Below, in pieces: positions 43,451-52,209 of a stretch of DNA of 64,000 nt (positions are counted from its first letter, which is position 1; every line of letters begins with the position of its first letter). The position numbers were made by a program, and so were the translations under genes. This stretch comes from Escherichia coli (GTDB lineage: Bacteria; Pseudomonadota; Gammaproteobacteria; Enterobacterales; Enterobacteriaceae). The notes beneath the pieces are model-generated. The model had not been told where the DNA came from. It saw nothing but the letters and a program-made list of their open reading frames with translations, and ran no database searches. Where the stretch lies: the NCBI RefSeq assembly GCF_050920415.1, contig NZ_CP169309.1; one strand, 5' to 3'.

Positions 43451-43645
43451 TCACTCTCCTTTAATGCGAAAGTGGTTTTTCCAGCGGTTTTGCGCCGCGC
43501 TGGGCTTTTTGCAAAAACCGCAATCCATCATCCCGTAATATTTCATCAACCCCATTCGTCGGTTGCTGAGTCTCACCCACTGCCATACGCCTGGATCGTT
43601 TCTGCGAACTAACAGAATCTTTGCTTTACGGTTGTTGGTTGCCAT
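43451..43645 (-). CDS. Hypothetical small basic protein (cargo operon gene 5)
   Basis: About 64 aa from MATNNRK; Cys/His-containing; start uncertain. Confidence 0.35.
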   Translation of the reverse strand: MATNNRKAKILLVRRNDPGVWQWVRLSNRRMGLMKYYGMMDCGFCKKPSAAQNRWKNHFRIKGE

Positions 43646-43961
43646 ATCCCCCTCCCTTGATACCAATATTTACAACATGGCAAGCCTCTTTGAGCACCCA
43701 GTCAACAGCGTCTTTCCATGCTCCGGTTTCGGCTGGCGGATTCTCACGCTTTACCAGTTCATAGAAACGTACTGCTCTAACCAGTCCATCTGACGGTTTT
43801 GCCTGTAGTGCAGCCTGAGCTATGCGGTATGCCTGGAGTATACGGGCGTCGTTGATATCCATTCCGAACGGAATTTCTGATGATTGTGATTCTGCATCTT
43901 CAAGCCTGGCAATTTCTTTACGTAAGAAGTATTTCAACTCTTGTTTTTGTTTTCTGTTCAT
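43626..43961 (-). CDS. Hypothetical protein (cargo operon gene 4)
   Basis: 111 aa ORF, no recognised family. Confidence 0.45.
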   Translation of the reverse strand: MNRKQKQELKYFLRKEIARLEDAESQSSEIPFGMDINDARILQAYRIAQAALQAKPSDGLVRAVRFYELVKRENPPAETGAWKDAVDWVLKEACHVVNIGIKGGGYGNQQP

Positions 43962-44290
43962 GCGTTTTTTCCCTTTTTGTCTGTCACTTCTCTCCTGATA
44001 ATTTCATTGCACAAATCCACGCACTCATTGCAGATGTAAACAGACGGTCCAGCAATCACCTTTGTGACTTCGTACTGGGATTTATTGCAGAAGCTGCAAT
44101 AAATCGTCTCCTCACCTGAAGTCCATGTTTTGCTGGTTTCGCCAGACATCAGTTGTTTGAGGTCTTTTTCACGACGAAGAACTATCTGGCCACATTCAGC
44201 TATTTTTTGGATGTTGACATTTTCTTCTTTCGCCAGCGCTTCCATCCGCTCAATCAGTCGCTGCGCTTTTTCTCTGTCAATGTGTTGCAT
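43958..44290 (-). CDS. Small protein with C-terminal ClpX-type C4 zinc-finger domain
   Basis: C-terminus [38 protein letters not shown] closely matches the recalled N-terminal zinc-binding domain of ClpX. Confidence 0.7.
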   Translation of the reverse strand: MQHIDREKAQRLIERMEALAKEENVNIQKIAECGQIVLRREKDLKQLMSGETSKTWTSGEETIYCSFCNKSQYEVTKVIAGPSVYICNECVDLCNEIIRREVTDKKGKNA

Positions 44291-44353
44291 TGTGTCCCCC
44301 TTGTTTATGCTCCCGGGTTAAAGTCATCAGGGCGGATGCGCCCTGATGTTGTG

Positions 44354-44665
44354 TTATTCGGGAAATAACGCCCGGATATTTCCGGCCATCTGACTGGTTA
44401 TCTGTGCGGCTGATACTGGCTGTGACGCGGGGCGTTCTGTCCTGGGTTGTGTCACTGATAACGCCTCATCATCAGCCCATGCAGCCAGTCGGTAAGCCTC
44501 TGCCGGATTCATTTTCAGTAGTGCCAGCCCGGCCAGAAAAGCCACGCGTTGACCACTTTTGCGGGCTTCTGGTGTAAGGCTGTCCAGCCAGGCGCATGCT
44601 TCGCCTTCGTTCTTGACGGCGGCGGGCTTCAGATAGAAACTTATCCGTCTGGTTGGTGTCGTCAT
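44354..44665 (-). CDS. ParR-like DNA-binding adaptor
   Basis: About 103 aa from MTTPTRRISFYLKP...LDSLTPEARK...AFLAGLAL...ALFPE; resembles recalled plasmid R1 ParR. Confidence 0.65.
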   Translation of the reverse strand: MTTPTRRISFYLKPAAVKNEGEACAWLDSLTPEARKSGQRVAFLAGLALLKMNPAEAYRLAAWADDEALSVTQPRTERPASQPVSAAQITSQMAGNIRALFPE

Positions 44666-44669
44666 TGGC

Positions 44670-45629
44670 TTACTCCTTGTCCATTGCGTACAGCCCATTA
44701 ACCAGAGCAAACTGTGGCACCCCGTCCGCGATGAAAGTCGCATTAACTCCGCAGGCTTCGCGGATAGCGGGTGCCACAATCTCCGCCCCGCCACCGACAA
44801 CCATCACCCGCCCGTAACCCGAAAAACCCGCCAGCGCGCGGATCACGCGTTGTTTCAGTGTTTCTTCCTTTTCACGAATAACCGCCATCAGGCTGGCGTA
44901 ATGCGCGTCATTGTGGATGTGCTGGCGCAGCCAGGCTTCATCATGGCGATGTTCAATAATGGTATTGGCGATGTGGTGACTGGTGCGCATACCGTTAGTG
45001 GCCATCACCGACAGCACGGCATCGGCCATCAGTGAAACACCTACGTGTGGATCGCAAAACACCTGGCTGATACCTGCCAGTTGTCCCTGAACCTTTGCCA
45101 CATCCAGCGTGGTTCCGCCCAAATCCACAATCAGCAGGGATTCAAACGGACTCATGTCAGCCAGTGCCTTAAAGCCTGCCGGAATGGATTCAGGCATAAC
45201 CCGCACGTTACGGATAGTGAATGCCTCACCGTTCTGGTACTCCACCGGGCGCATAACGTTCGCTTTTTTGCGGTTGATGTTGGCCATGTCCGGCTGTGCG
45301 TTTGTGTCGAAATACTCGCTCAGTGGCAGGGTGACAACCACATCCACCTCCTGTGGCGTGATGCCTGATTTGACCAGCGCGTGATGAATGGCAATGACAT
45401 TCACATCGCTGTATTGGTATTGCGTGTCGGTCGTCTGGACAAAGCGATCGCTGACCGGATCAAAACCATAGCGCACGCCATCAAGCATGTAGTTCGCGGG
45501 CTGCGTGCCACCGAACGGCGCAGACCATTCCGACTTGAAGCTGTTCGGGCTGATGGCGTTGCGGCGTTCGCCGTTCTCAGTCCATGCCAGCTTGATGTTG
45601 GTGGAGCCGTCGTCGATACAAATTTTCAT
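44670..45629 (-). CDS. ParM/StbA-like actin-fold ATPase
   Basis: 319 aa; N-terminus MKICIDDGSTNIKLAW...ISPNSFK and ...YSDVNVIAIHHAL... closely resemble recalled plasmid R1 ParM. Confidence 0.85.
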   Translation of the reverse strand: MKICIDDGSTNIKLAWTENGERRNAISPNSFKSEWSAPFGGTQPANYMLDGVRYGFDPVSDRFVQTTDTQYQYSDVNVIAIHHALVKSGITPQEVDVVVTLPLSEYFDTNAQPDMANINRKKANVMRPVEYQNGEAFTIRNVRVMPESIPAGFKALADMSPFESLLIVDLGGTTLDVAKVQGQLAGISQVFCDPHVGVSLMADAVLSVMATNGMRTSHHIANTIIEHRHDEAWLRQHIHNDAHYASLMAVIREKEETLKQRVIRALAGFSGYGRVMVVGGGAEIVAPAIREACGVNATFIADGVPQFALVNGLYAMDKE

Positions 45630-45660
45630 GTCGCTTTTCCTTATGTTGATTAATTAATCG

Positions 45661-45756
45661 TTTACGGGATTCTGAAATCCCGTTTTTGCCTGCTTTGTGC
45701 GCGCTTCATATATCACTGCGCGTTTTTTGCTCATTTACGGGATTCGTGAGTCCCGT
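45661..45756. promoter_or_regulatory. Two 20-bp palindromes upstream of parM (candidate parC-like centromere/operator)
   Basis: ACGGGATTCTGAAATCCCGT (45664..45683) and ACGGGATTCGTGAGTCCCGT (45737..45756), each preceded by TTT; the second overlaps the last codons of gene A. Confidence 0.5.
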
Positions 45757-48528
45757 TTCTGTCTGTTTTTTGTTTCCGCTGGTCAGGCCACCCCGCAGCA
45801 GGTCTGCTTTGCGGCTGGCGCGTTCAGTGGTTTCACTGATTCTCTGTGCGTGCTCTGCGTCGCGGATGGCGCGCAGCATGTCAGAAAGCACAGTAACGGG
45901 TGTTTTCATGGTGTTCTGGTCCTGCTGAAGTGTGGATGCCAGGCGTGCGGCGGCTTCAGGGTCTGATGCCCCCAGCTGTGCCAGATAGCTGGCGACCGGG
46001 TTATGGCGGATCTCCGTGCTGCTTACGCCATGATTACGGCTCAGGCGCTGCCAGAGCTGCGTGATTCGGCTGTCCGGGCGGGTATCCGGTTTGCGTACAA
46101 TTTCAAATCCCTGCGGTGCAATGATGCTGCCGTCAACGTACAGACTGCCGCCCCGTAACAGGTGCTGCATCTGTTGTTCACCGATATGCAGGCCGAGAGA
46201 TTCAGCAGACTCCCGCCATTCTTTAGCGAGTAATTCGTGGTTATCAGGCAAAGGCCGCTGCTGTTTGCGGCTCTGTGTCCAGCTCTGCATTTCATCACTG
46301 CTGTTTTTTGCCTGTTTGTCACGAAGCGAACGCATCAGCGCCCGGCGTTCGTGCCGTTTCAGTGAGCGCATCCATTCGTTCACTTCAACGCCGTCAGGGA
46401 GCTGCGGCCACGGTGCTGGCCGTTCTTCCGGCTGTTCTGTCCCGTTGTTGTCCGTTTCCTGTGCACGGGGACAGTTATTGCCACGAGTCCAAGGGGCGGC
46501 AGGGCCGCCCTGAAGGTCAAAACCATTTTCGTGGGCGTTGTCTCCCGGTTCTGGTTTACGTCTTACCAGCTTCCAGTTATCCGGATGCGTGCACACACGG
46601 GAGGATTCCCCGATGAGTGGTGACCAGATCCCGTAAATCTGTACGCTCTGTTCGCCGTAATCGTTCAGCTCATCTGCGAGGTCGTAGGCGGTGCGAATCA
46701 GGTAGTCCTTGCGTGGAACAAGCACGCCACCCTGTTTTTCAATGTAGGTGGCAAAACACCCGGCATCGGCGGCAGCGAGTACCGCATCCATTGCATCATC
46801 TTTCAGCCGTTGCGGGCCTTCCGGATTGCGTGCCATCTGGCTGGCAAGGCGGCGCAGTTCACGCCACACCTGACGGGAGGGGATGCCAAAGAACTGGAAC
46901 TGACGGACCCGGTGAAGGCGCGCCCAGCCGATGGCGCGCTCCACGCTCTCGGCCATTGATTTTCCGGTTTCGTGGTCAACGCGTGGCTTGCCCGTTTTCG
47001 GGTCGATGCCATCCACGGCGCGGCTGTCCAGGTTCTTTCCGATGTAGGTGGCGATGTAGCTGGTTGGTGTGCCTTTTGAGCCGTCGACATACTCCGCCTT
47101 AAAACGCGGAGTTATGTCATCGCCCAGCTCGTGGCGGTCCTCCTGAATGGCAATATCGCAGACGTGGGACACGATGGTTTCAATCTCGTCCGGATGTGCA
47201 AAGACCATCATATGCCAGTGCACAGTGCCGTCATGGTGAGGCTCCACCGTGCGGATGCCATACCAGCGCAGGCCGTCGCGGTTCAGTTTTTTGCGGACCG
47301 CCGCAAAAAACGTGTTAACCAGGTAATCGCTGGAGTCGCGCATGGTGGCCCCGTTCCATTTGGGGTTCGGATGACCGTTCTCCGTTGTTGCGTGGTATTT
47401 TGACGGGCAGGTGACGGTCAGAAACACCGCTCTGTCGCCACGGGCTTCGGCCAGAAGTTCCAGTCCCTTCATGGTGGCCATCATTTCTGCCTTACGGTGA
47501 ACCGGGTTACTTACTCCCGCGTAATACACCGTCTCGAGATCAATCGTGAACCCGTCTTCATTTTCCAGCATGAAACTTTTCAGGAAATCGCGTGTTTTCT
47601 CGCGCTGTGCGCGAAACTCGCTTAACGCGTCCTGGCTCAGATAGGGGGATGTTTTTCTGGAAACCAGACAGGCGGCGCGGAGTTGTTCTTCCCGCCACTC
47701 ACAACGTAACAGCCACAGTTTGCGTTTCCACCATTCCGCACAGGTCAAGCGAAGGATTGCGCCCGGCAGCAGCTCCGTGTCCGGTTCGTTCCTCCGGTCT
47801 TTGTCTGTTGTCAGTGCGTCATAATGTGGAGGCATGGCGTGCAGGTGTAACGCCATGCGGGCCAGCATCTGATAAGCCTTCAGGGTTACATCCATGGTCA
47901 GCTCGCCATCAGTCGCGCCAAAGCCATCGCAGAGTTTTTCGAAGGTGCTGCTGAACATCGCCGCCGTCATGGTGGCCAGCGTCTGTATCTGGTGTTTGTT
48001 GAGCTGCGGCAGGTAAAGCAAATCGTCCAGGCGTTCGCGTCCGGCAAGGGAGCGATAACCCGGTGTCAGCCAGCGGTGGTCGGTGCGGTCCAGACGTTCG
48101 AATATTTTGCGCAGGGTTCCGCACGCGTAGCGTTCAGCCTGCCAGCTCTTTTTGCCTTTCCGGCGATCGGCTTCCTGTTTTTTGCGCAGGAAGGAGAGGT
48201 GGCGAATAAGCGGATCGCGCAGATAGGACGGCAGCAGGCGCAGCGAGGCCATGGCTTCATCCACCGCGCCACGTGCCTGTTTTCTGGCGTCTCCTGCCAG
48301 TGTGATGGTTTTGTCCTGTTTTTCCTGTGCGTCCAGGCTTTTATTAATCAGGTTGCCCAGCGGCGTGGCGGAGAACGCCGCATCAGCCATTTCCTGGCGG
48401 CGCTCGTTCTCTGCCCGGTAGGCATCCAGCCAGGAGGAAAGCGCGGATTCAGGAGCGGGGATCCCCGTTCCTTCACGCCCCACTGCGTGGCGCGGTTGTT
48501 GCCAGTCCCTGATGTACTCTGCCGTCAT
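45706..48528 (-). CDS. Replication initiation endonuclease (P2 gpA-like, rolling-circle)
   Basis: 940 aa at the canonical position downstream of the early operon; longer than the ~760 aa I recall for P2 A. Confidence 0.8.
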   Translation of the reverse strand: MTAEYIRDWQQPRHAVGREGTGIPAPESALSSWLDAYRAENERRQEMADAAFSATPLGNLINKSLDAQEKQDKTITLAGDARKQARGAVDEAMASLRLLPSYLRDPLIRHLSFLRKKQEADRRKGKKSWQAERYACGTLRKIFERLDRTDHRWLTPGYRSLAGRERLDDLLYLPQLNKHQIQTLATMTAAMFSSTFEKLCDGFGATDGELTMDVTLKAYQMLARMALHLHAMPPHYDALTTDKDRRNEPDTELLPGAILRLTCAEWWKRKLWLLRCEWREEQLRAACLVSRKTSPYLSQDALSEFRAQREKTRDFLKSFMLENEDGFTIDLETVYYAGVSNPVHRKAEMMATMKGLELLAEARGDRAVFLTVTCPSKYHATTENGHPNPKWNGATMRDSSDYLVNTFFAAVRKKLNRDGLRWYGIRTVEPHHDGTVHWHMMVFAHPDEIETIVSHVCDIAIQEDRHELGDDITPRFKAEYVDGSKGTPTSYIATYIGKNLDSRAVDGIDPKTGKPRVDHETGKSMAESVERAIGWARLHRVRQFQFFGIPSRQVWRELRRLASQMARNPEGPQRLKDDAMDAVLAAADAGCFATYIEKQGGVLVPRKDYLIRTAYDLADELNDYGEQSVQIYGIWSPLIGESSRVCTHPDNWKLVRRKPEPGDNAHENGFDLQGGPAAPWTRGNNCPRAQETDNNGTEQPEERPAPWPQLPDGVEVNEWMRSLKRHERRALMRSLRDKQAKNSSDEMQSWTQSRKQQRPLPDNHELLAKEWRESAESLGLHIGEQQMQHLLRGGSLYVDGSIIAPQGFEIVRKPDTRPDSRITQLWQRLSRNHGVSSTEIRHNPVASYLAQLGASDPEAAARLASTLQQDQNTMKTPVTVLSDMLRAIRDAEHAQRISETTERASRKADLLRGGLTSGNKKQTETGLTNPVNEQKTRSDI

Positions 48529-48534
48529 AGTGAT

Positions 48535-48900
48535 TTACTTCGTCATGCCATTCAGGGTGTCGCGGCAGACTGTAGCCAGCCGCTGAATTTCCAGCACGGT
48601 GTCTTCTGTGTCGGCATGGCGATGTGTGATGCGGATGCTGTCGGCAATCACATCGACGATTGCAGAGGATGGGCGCTGGTAAATGCCAATAACGGACGGG
48701 GTGCCACCTTCAATGCGGTAAAGCCTGTAATTTCCCTCGTGGCTGTCAATCATGTAGCGACCATCAATAACAATCTTTCCGTCAGCGAGCTGCGGTACAG
48801 GCAGGGATTTCAGGTACATGTCATAACGATCACGCACGCGAGCGGCAAGATCACGTTCTGTGTTGAGCAGGTATTCAAGAAAGTCGTTGGCGAGAATCAT
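48535..48900 (-). CDS. Hypothetical early protein (gpB position)
   Basis: 121 aa ORF immediately upstream of A. Confidence 0.45.
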   Translation of the reverse strand: MILANDFLEYLLNTERDLAARVRDRYDMYLKSLPVPQLADGKIVIDGRYMIDSHEGNYRLYRIEGGTPSVIGIYQRPSSAIVDVIADSIRITHRHADTEDTVLEIQRLATVCRDTLNGMTK

Positions 48901-49041
48901 TGCGGCAATCCTCTTGTTACAGATGTGCGAAGGCCTCCCGCCGCAAGGTGCAGGAAAGGCCCGGAACAGGAATTAATGGAGTTTGTTTTGCAGCCGGATG
49001 AGCTGCTGAAGCCCGACGTGGTTTCCGGCAGTTGGAGGTGC

Positions 49042-49287
49042 TCATGCTCTGATTTCCCTCAGTAGCTGGTTGAACATCTGGGTTAGTGGGTTGCTACACC
49101 CAAACGGCATCGGGTTTACCTGATAGGAAAAGCGACCGCCTGTTTTGCGCTCTTTTCTTATGACTGAACCGCTGCGCCAGAGACGGCGTAGCTCCGCATT
49201 AATGGTTGTGGTTGGTGTATTCAGTGCTGCGGCGATTTCTCCACCGCTACAACCCGGATTGGCAGCGATGTAGTCCAGAATGGTCAT
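49042..49287 (-). CDS. Small winged-helix-like DNA-binding protein
   Basis: 81 aa; GGEIAAALNTPTTTINAELRRL resembles an HTH. Confidence 0.45.
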   Translation of the reverse strand: MTILDYIAANPGCSGGEIAAALNTPTTTINAELRRLWRSGSVIRKERKTGGRFSYQVNPMPFGCSNPLTQMFNQLLREIRA

Positions 49288-49538
49288 CTGCGTGACTCCT
49301 GTACCTGTCTGATAAGATTCACCTGCACCACGTTGGTGGCGCAGAAGTAAGTGCCGTCAGTGAGATAGATGTGATGTGCATCCTTTTCTGAACGGTGTTT
49401 GTCGATTGTGGTAATCAGGCGTTCGTCAACTTCGTATTCACGTCCTCTGGAGGTGAAACGAACGACAGGAAAATGCTTAATTGCCATTACGCCTCCTTGG
49501 CGTGTGCGAATACCTCCGCGAATGCGGATTGTTTTCAC
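49284..49538 (-). CDS. Hypothetical early protein
   Basis: ORF in early operon; start uncertain. Confidence 0.35.
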   Translation of the reverse strand: MKTIRIRGGIRTRQGGVMAIKHFPVVRFTSRGREYEVDERLITTIDKHRSEKDAHHIYLTDGTYFCATNVVQVNLIRQVQESRR

Positions 49539-49683
49539 ATTTTCTTATTTAACCTGGGGTCTTATTTGCGCGGTTATTCTTCAGTGAAAAAGCGTTCAAT
49601 CTTTTTTACTGAATTAATAATTCGCATAATCCCAATGGCGCAGACCACCGAAATAATCAGAACAAGCCATGAGATAAATATAC

Positions 49684-49929
49684 TCATGCGATATTTCCCA
49701 GCTTATACGGTTCAATATGTTCCCCGCATTCTGCGGCACAGATCAGCTCGGAAAGTTCGTTAAGTGCATCCAGATCATCAGCGTAAAAAGCCACGTCATA
49801 CAGACTTCGGATTGCTCTGGTCAATGAGTCACGGGCCGCACGTTCAGCATGAGTGCCTGATGCACTTAAGCGAAAATAAAAACGCTCAAGTGCTTTGTTA
49901 ATGAGAGTTTTATATTCTTTGCCCATCAC
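49684..49929 (-). CDS. Hypothetical early protein
   Basis: 81 aa ORF in early operon. Confidence 0.4.
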   Translation of the reverse strand: MMGKEYKTLINKALERFYFRLSASGTHAERAARDSLTRAIRSLYDVAFYADDLDALNELSELICAAECGEHIEPYKLGNIA

Positions 49930-49964
49930 AACGCCCTTTAATCTGCTTTCTGTATTTCAGCTTC

Positions 49965-50228
49965 TTAATCCATACAAATAATTTCGATATAGGGTTCATC
50001 GCCATTAACCTGGCGTGCCTTTTCAGCTTCGCTAATGATTTCTCGTACGGTCTGGTACGGAAGTTCCACAAGCAGTCGCGTGCCGTTCAGATAAACGTAA
50101 GTGGCTTCGTCGGCTCCGTTTTTACCCGCCGGAGTCACTCCGTCAATAGCGGATGCACGTAATAACAGTTCACCGCGAAAATCAATAAAACGGATAAATA
50201 CACCTTGTGCATGGTCTTTGGTCATAAA
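49965..50228 (-). CDS. Hypothetical early protein
   Basis: About 87 aa from MTKDHAQG; ORF-track extension overlaps the upstream gene. Confidence 0.4.
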   Translation of the reverse strand, partial: FMTKDHAQGVFIRFIDFRGELLLRASAIDGVTPAGKNGADEATYVYLNGTRLLVELPYQTVREIISEAEKARQVNGDEPYIEIICMD

Positions 50229-50235
50229 GCACCTG

Positions 50236-50586
50236 TTATAAATCAGCCTGTTTAATAAAACTTTGCCTGCGAAGCAGACGATCAACCGTGCGAAGTGCTT
50301 CGTATAATGTGAAATCCTGCCCGAACTGATTGTCGCCACAGCTCAATGCAAAAATGCGGTTTCCGGTAAACGGATTGCGTGGGCATTTGTGGACCACGAT
50401 TCCAGCTTTCTCAATCAGCCAGGCATGCTCGCCGATTTGTTTTACAGCGTGGCCATCCGGTGTTGCGTGCGTCTCGTTCAGGTTATAGCGACTGTTACTA
50501 CGTGATGCACTGGTAGTGACGTGGTGTACATGGCGTTCTACGCCATTACGAAATTTGGAGTATGGATTATTAGCGTTTTTTTTCAT
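50236..50586 (-). CDS. Hypothetical early protein
   Basis: 116 aa ORF in early operon. Confidence 0.4.
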   Translation of the reverse strand: MKKNANNPYSKFRNGVERHVHHVTTSASRSNSRYNLNETHATPDGHAVKQIGEHAWLIEKAGIVVHKCPRNPFTGNRIFALSCGDNQFGQDFTLYEALRTVDRLLRRQSFIKQADL

Positions 50587-50607
50587 GATGGTGCTCTGTT
50601 CATTGTT

Positions 50608-50811
50608 TTAGCTGTTAGCCAAAGCGTCTTTTAACATCGCCACAAGGTTTACTTCAGGCTTTTCCATTTTGGCGCGTTTGGGGCGGATAATAATTCGACC
50701 GTCAGCCAACATCTTTTTGCATGTATTAAGAGGGATACCTGTTATCTCTGCATATTTCTGCAGGGATACATAGGGGGCATTCACATTGATATTGATGGTT
50801 ATACCTGACAT
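50608..50811 (-). CDS. Small HTH DNA-binding protein (excisionase/CII-like candidate)
   Basis: 67 aa; VSLQKYAEITGIPLNTCKKML resembles an HTH; second gene of the early operon. Confidence 0.55.
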   Translation of the reverse strand: MSGITININVNAPYVSLQKYAEITGIPLNTCKKMLADGRIIIRPKRAKMEKPEVNLVAMLKDALANS

Positions 50812-50827
50812 CCCACTAGCCTCCTGA

Positions 50828-51034
50828 TCAGGAAGATTTGTTTTGTTCTTTCTGGGTTAGCTCTAGGCCGCGAAGGAAGATCATGCGCGCCATGTTAGAG
50901 GATGAGCGTTGTTCTTTAGCTGCCATTTCATCAATGACGGCTCGCTCCTCGAGGGACAGCCGAAGTGCCAGTCTTGGACCTGTGGCGGTGTTACGCGGAA
51001 TGCGTGATCTGGTATCGTGAAGAACTTGTTTCAT
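50828..51034 (-). CDS. Cro/Cox-position ribbon-helix-helix repressor
   Basis: 68 aa; LRLSLEERAVIDEMA is RHH-like; first gene of the early operon, divergent from cI. Confidence 0.6.
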   Translation of the reverse strand: MKQVLHDTRSRIPRNTATGPRLALRLSLEERAVIDEMAAKEQRSSSNMARMIFLRGLELTQKEQNKSS

Positions 51035-51094
51035 AGTGGTATATTGTGATCATCTAATAGCTCGTGAAATCATTTTGGTATCAAAAAAGATACC
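51009..51094. promoter_or_regulatory. Genetic-switch region with GGTATC operator half-sites
   Basis: GGTAT at 51011, 51038 and palindrome GGTATC-AAAAAA-GATACC at 51077..51094; AT-rich divergent promoter region. Confidence 0.4.
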
Positions 51095-51109
51095 TGTCAA
51101 GGTTTTTGT

Positions 51110-51514
51110 ATGAAAAATGATATTGGTCAGCGGTTGCGTGAGGAAAGGGAAAGATTGGGACTTAGTCAAGTTGCCATGAGCGACATTGGTGGAGTCAAAA
51201 AGCTAACTCAGCTTAGATATGAGAAAGGAGATAGCTTTCCTGATGCTGCGTATTTGGCAGCGCTGTCTCGTTTTGGCCTTGATGTTCAGTATGTTGTGTT
51301 GGGAATTCACTCACCTGAAACTTATAACGATGATGAGCAGGAGTTGATTACTCGCTTTCGAGCAGCTTCGTTAGATGTGAAAAACGCGGTGATTGGGGCT
51401 TTAAAAGGTGCGATCAGTGAAAAGGAAACTCAGCCATCAGGACGTGAGTTAAATATTTCTGGTGGTAATAACCGTATTGCTGGTCGTGACTATAACGAAA
51501 CTAAGGGTAGGTGA
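51110..51514 (+). CDS. Immunity repressor CI (XRE-family HTH)
   Basis: 134 aa; LREERERLGLSQVAMSDIGGVKKLTQLRYEKGDSFP is a typical XRE HTH; transcribed toward int. Confidence 0.8.
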   Translation: MKNDIGQRLREERERLGLSQVAMSDIGGVKKLTQLRYEKGDSFPDAAYLAALSRFGLDVQYVVLGIHSPETYNDDEQELITRFRAASLDVKNAVIGALKGAISEKETQPSGRELNISGGNNRIAGRDYNETKGR

Positions 51515-51529
51515 TAGTAGGGAGGTGAC

Positions 51530-52180
51530 ATGGCCGTCAACTCAAACGGTTCAAACAATCGCGTTGCTGGGCGTGATTTTCACGAAAAGAATATTCAGAT
51601 AGAGCGATATGATGGTTCTCATACCGTCAATATCGCAATCCCTTCGAATAATGATGATGACGATCGCCCTTTGCTTAAGGCTCAGCGTAAGGAGCTAAAT
51701 AGTTTGGTTGCTGCTATTGCAGAAGCTAGCAATACTGAAGCGTTTATTATTTGGCAAAAAGTACATGCTGAGATTGGTGTAGCTGGTATTGATGATATGA
51801 CAGTAAATCAATATAAAACAGCGGAGAGTTTTCTGCATGCAATGCTTGAGCGATGTAAAGATCATGATGCCTGTAAGGCTCTTGTAAGTTTATTACTACG
51901 TAACAGTGAAGACTGTGGACTTCGACAAAAACTTCTGCGGTATTGCCATATCAATTTCGGTACAGGACGTTTAAACGATCTTACTCGTTCTCAGTTACAG
52001 TCTGCATTGTCGTGGTTAGAGCAACAATCGGCATCAAGCCACACAGAGAGTTCGACCTTACCAGAAGTCCGACTTCGTGCTTCAGAATTAATCCGACTTT
52101 ATCCAAAAGAAATAATATTCTTTATCTGCGTAGGGGGTTTGGTAGGCGGTGTCATTTCTAGGGTGCTTTTTAATTTGTAA
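51530..52180 (+). CDS. Tail-anchored membrane protein of unknown function (immunity-region moron)
   Basis: 216 aa with good RBS (GGAGG) and a single C-terminal TM helix; N-terminus repeats a motif from the CI C-terminus. Confidence 0.55.
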   Translation: MAVNSNGSNNRVAGRDFHEKNIQIERYDGSHTVNIAIPSNNDDDDRPLLKAQRKELNSLVAAIAEASNTEAFIIWQKVHAEIGVAGIDDMTVNQYKTAESFLHAMLERCKDHDACKALVSLLLRNSEDCGLRQKLLRYCHINFGTGRLNDLTRSQLQSALSWLEQQSASSHTESSTLPEVRLRASELIRLYPKEIIFFICVGGLVGGVISRVLFNL

Positions 52181-52209
52181 TCTTACTTGAGCTAAATTGA
52201 GGTAATGAT

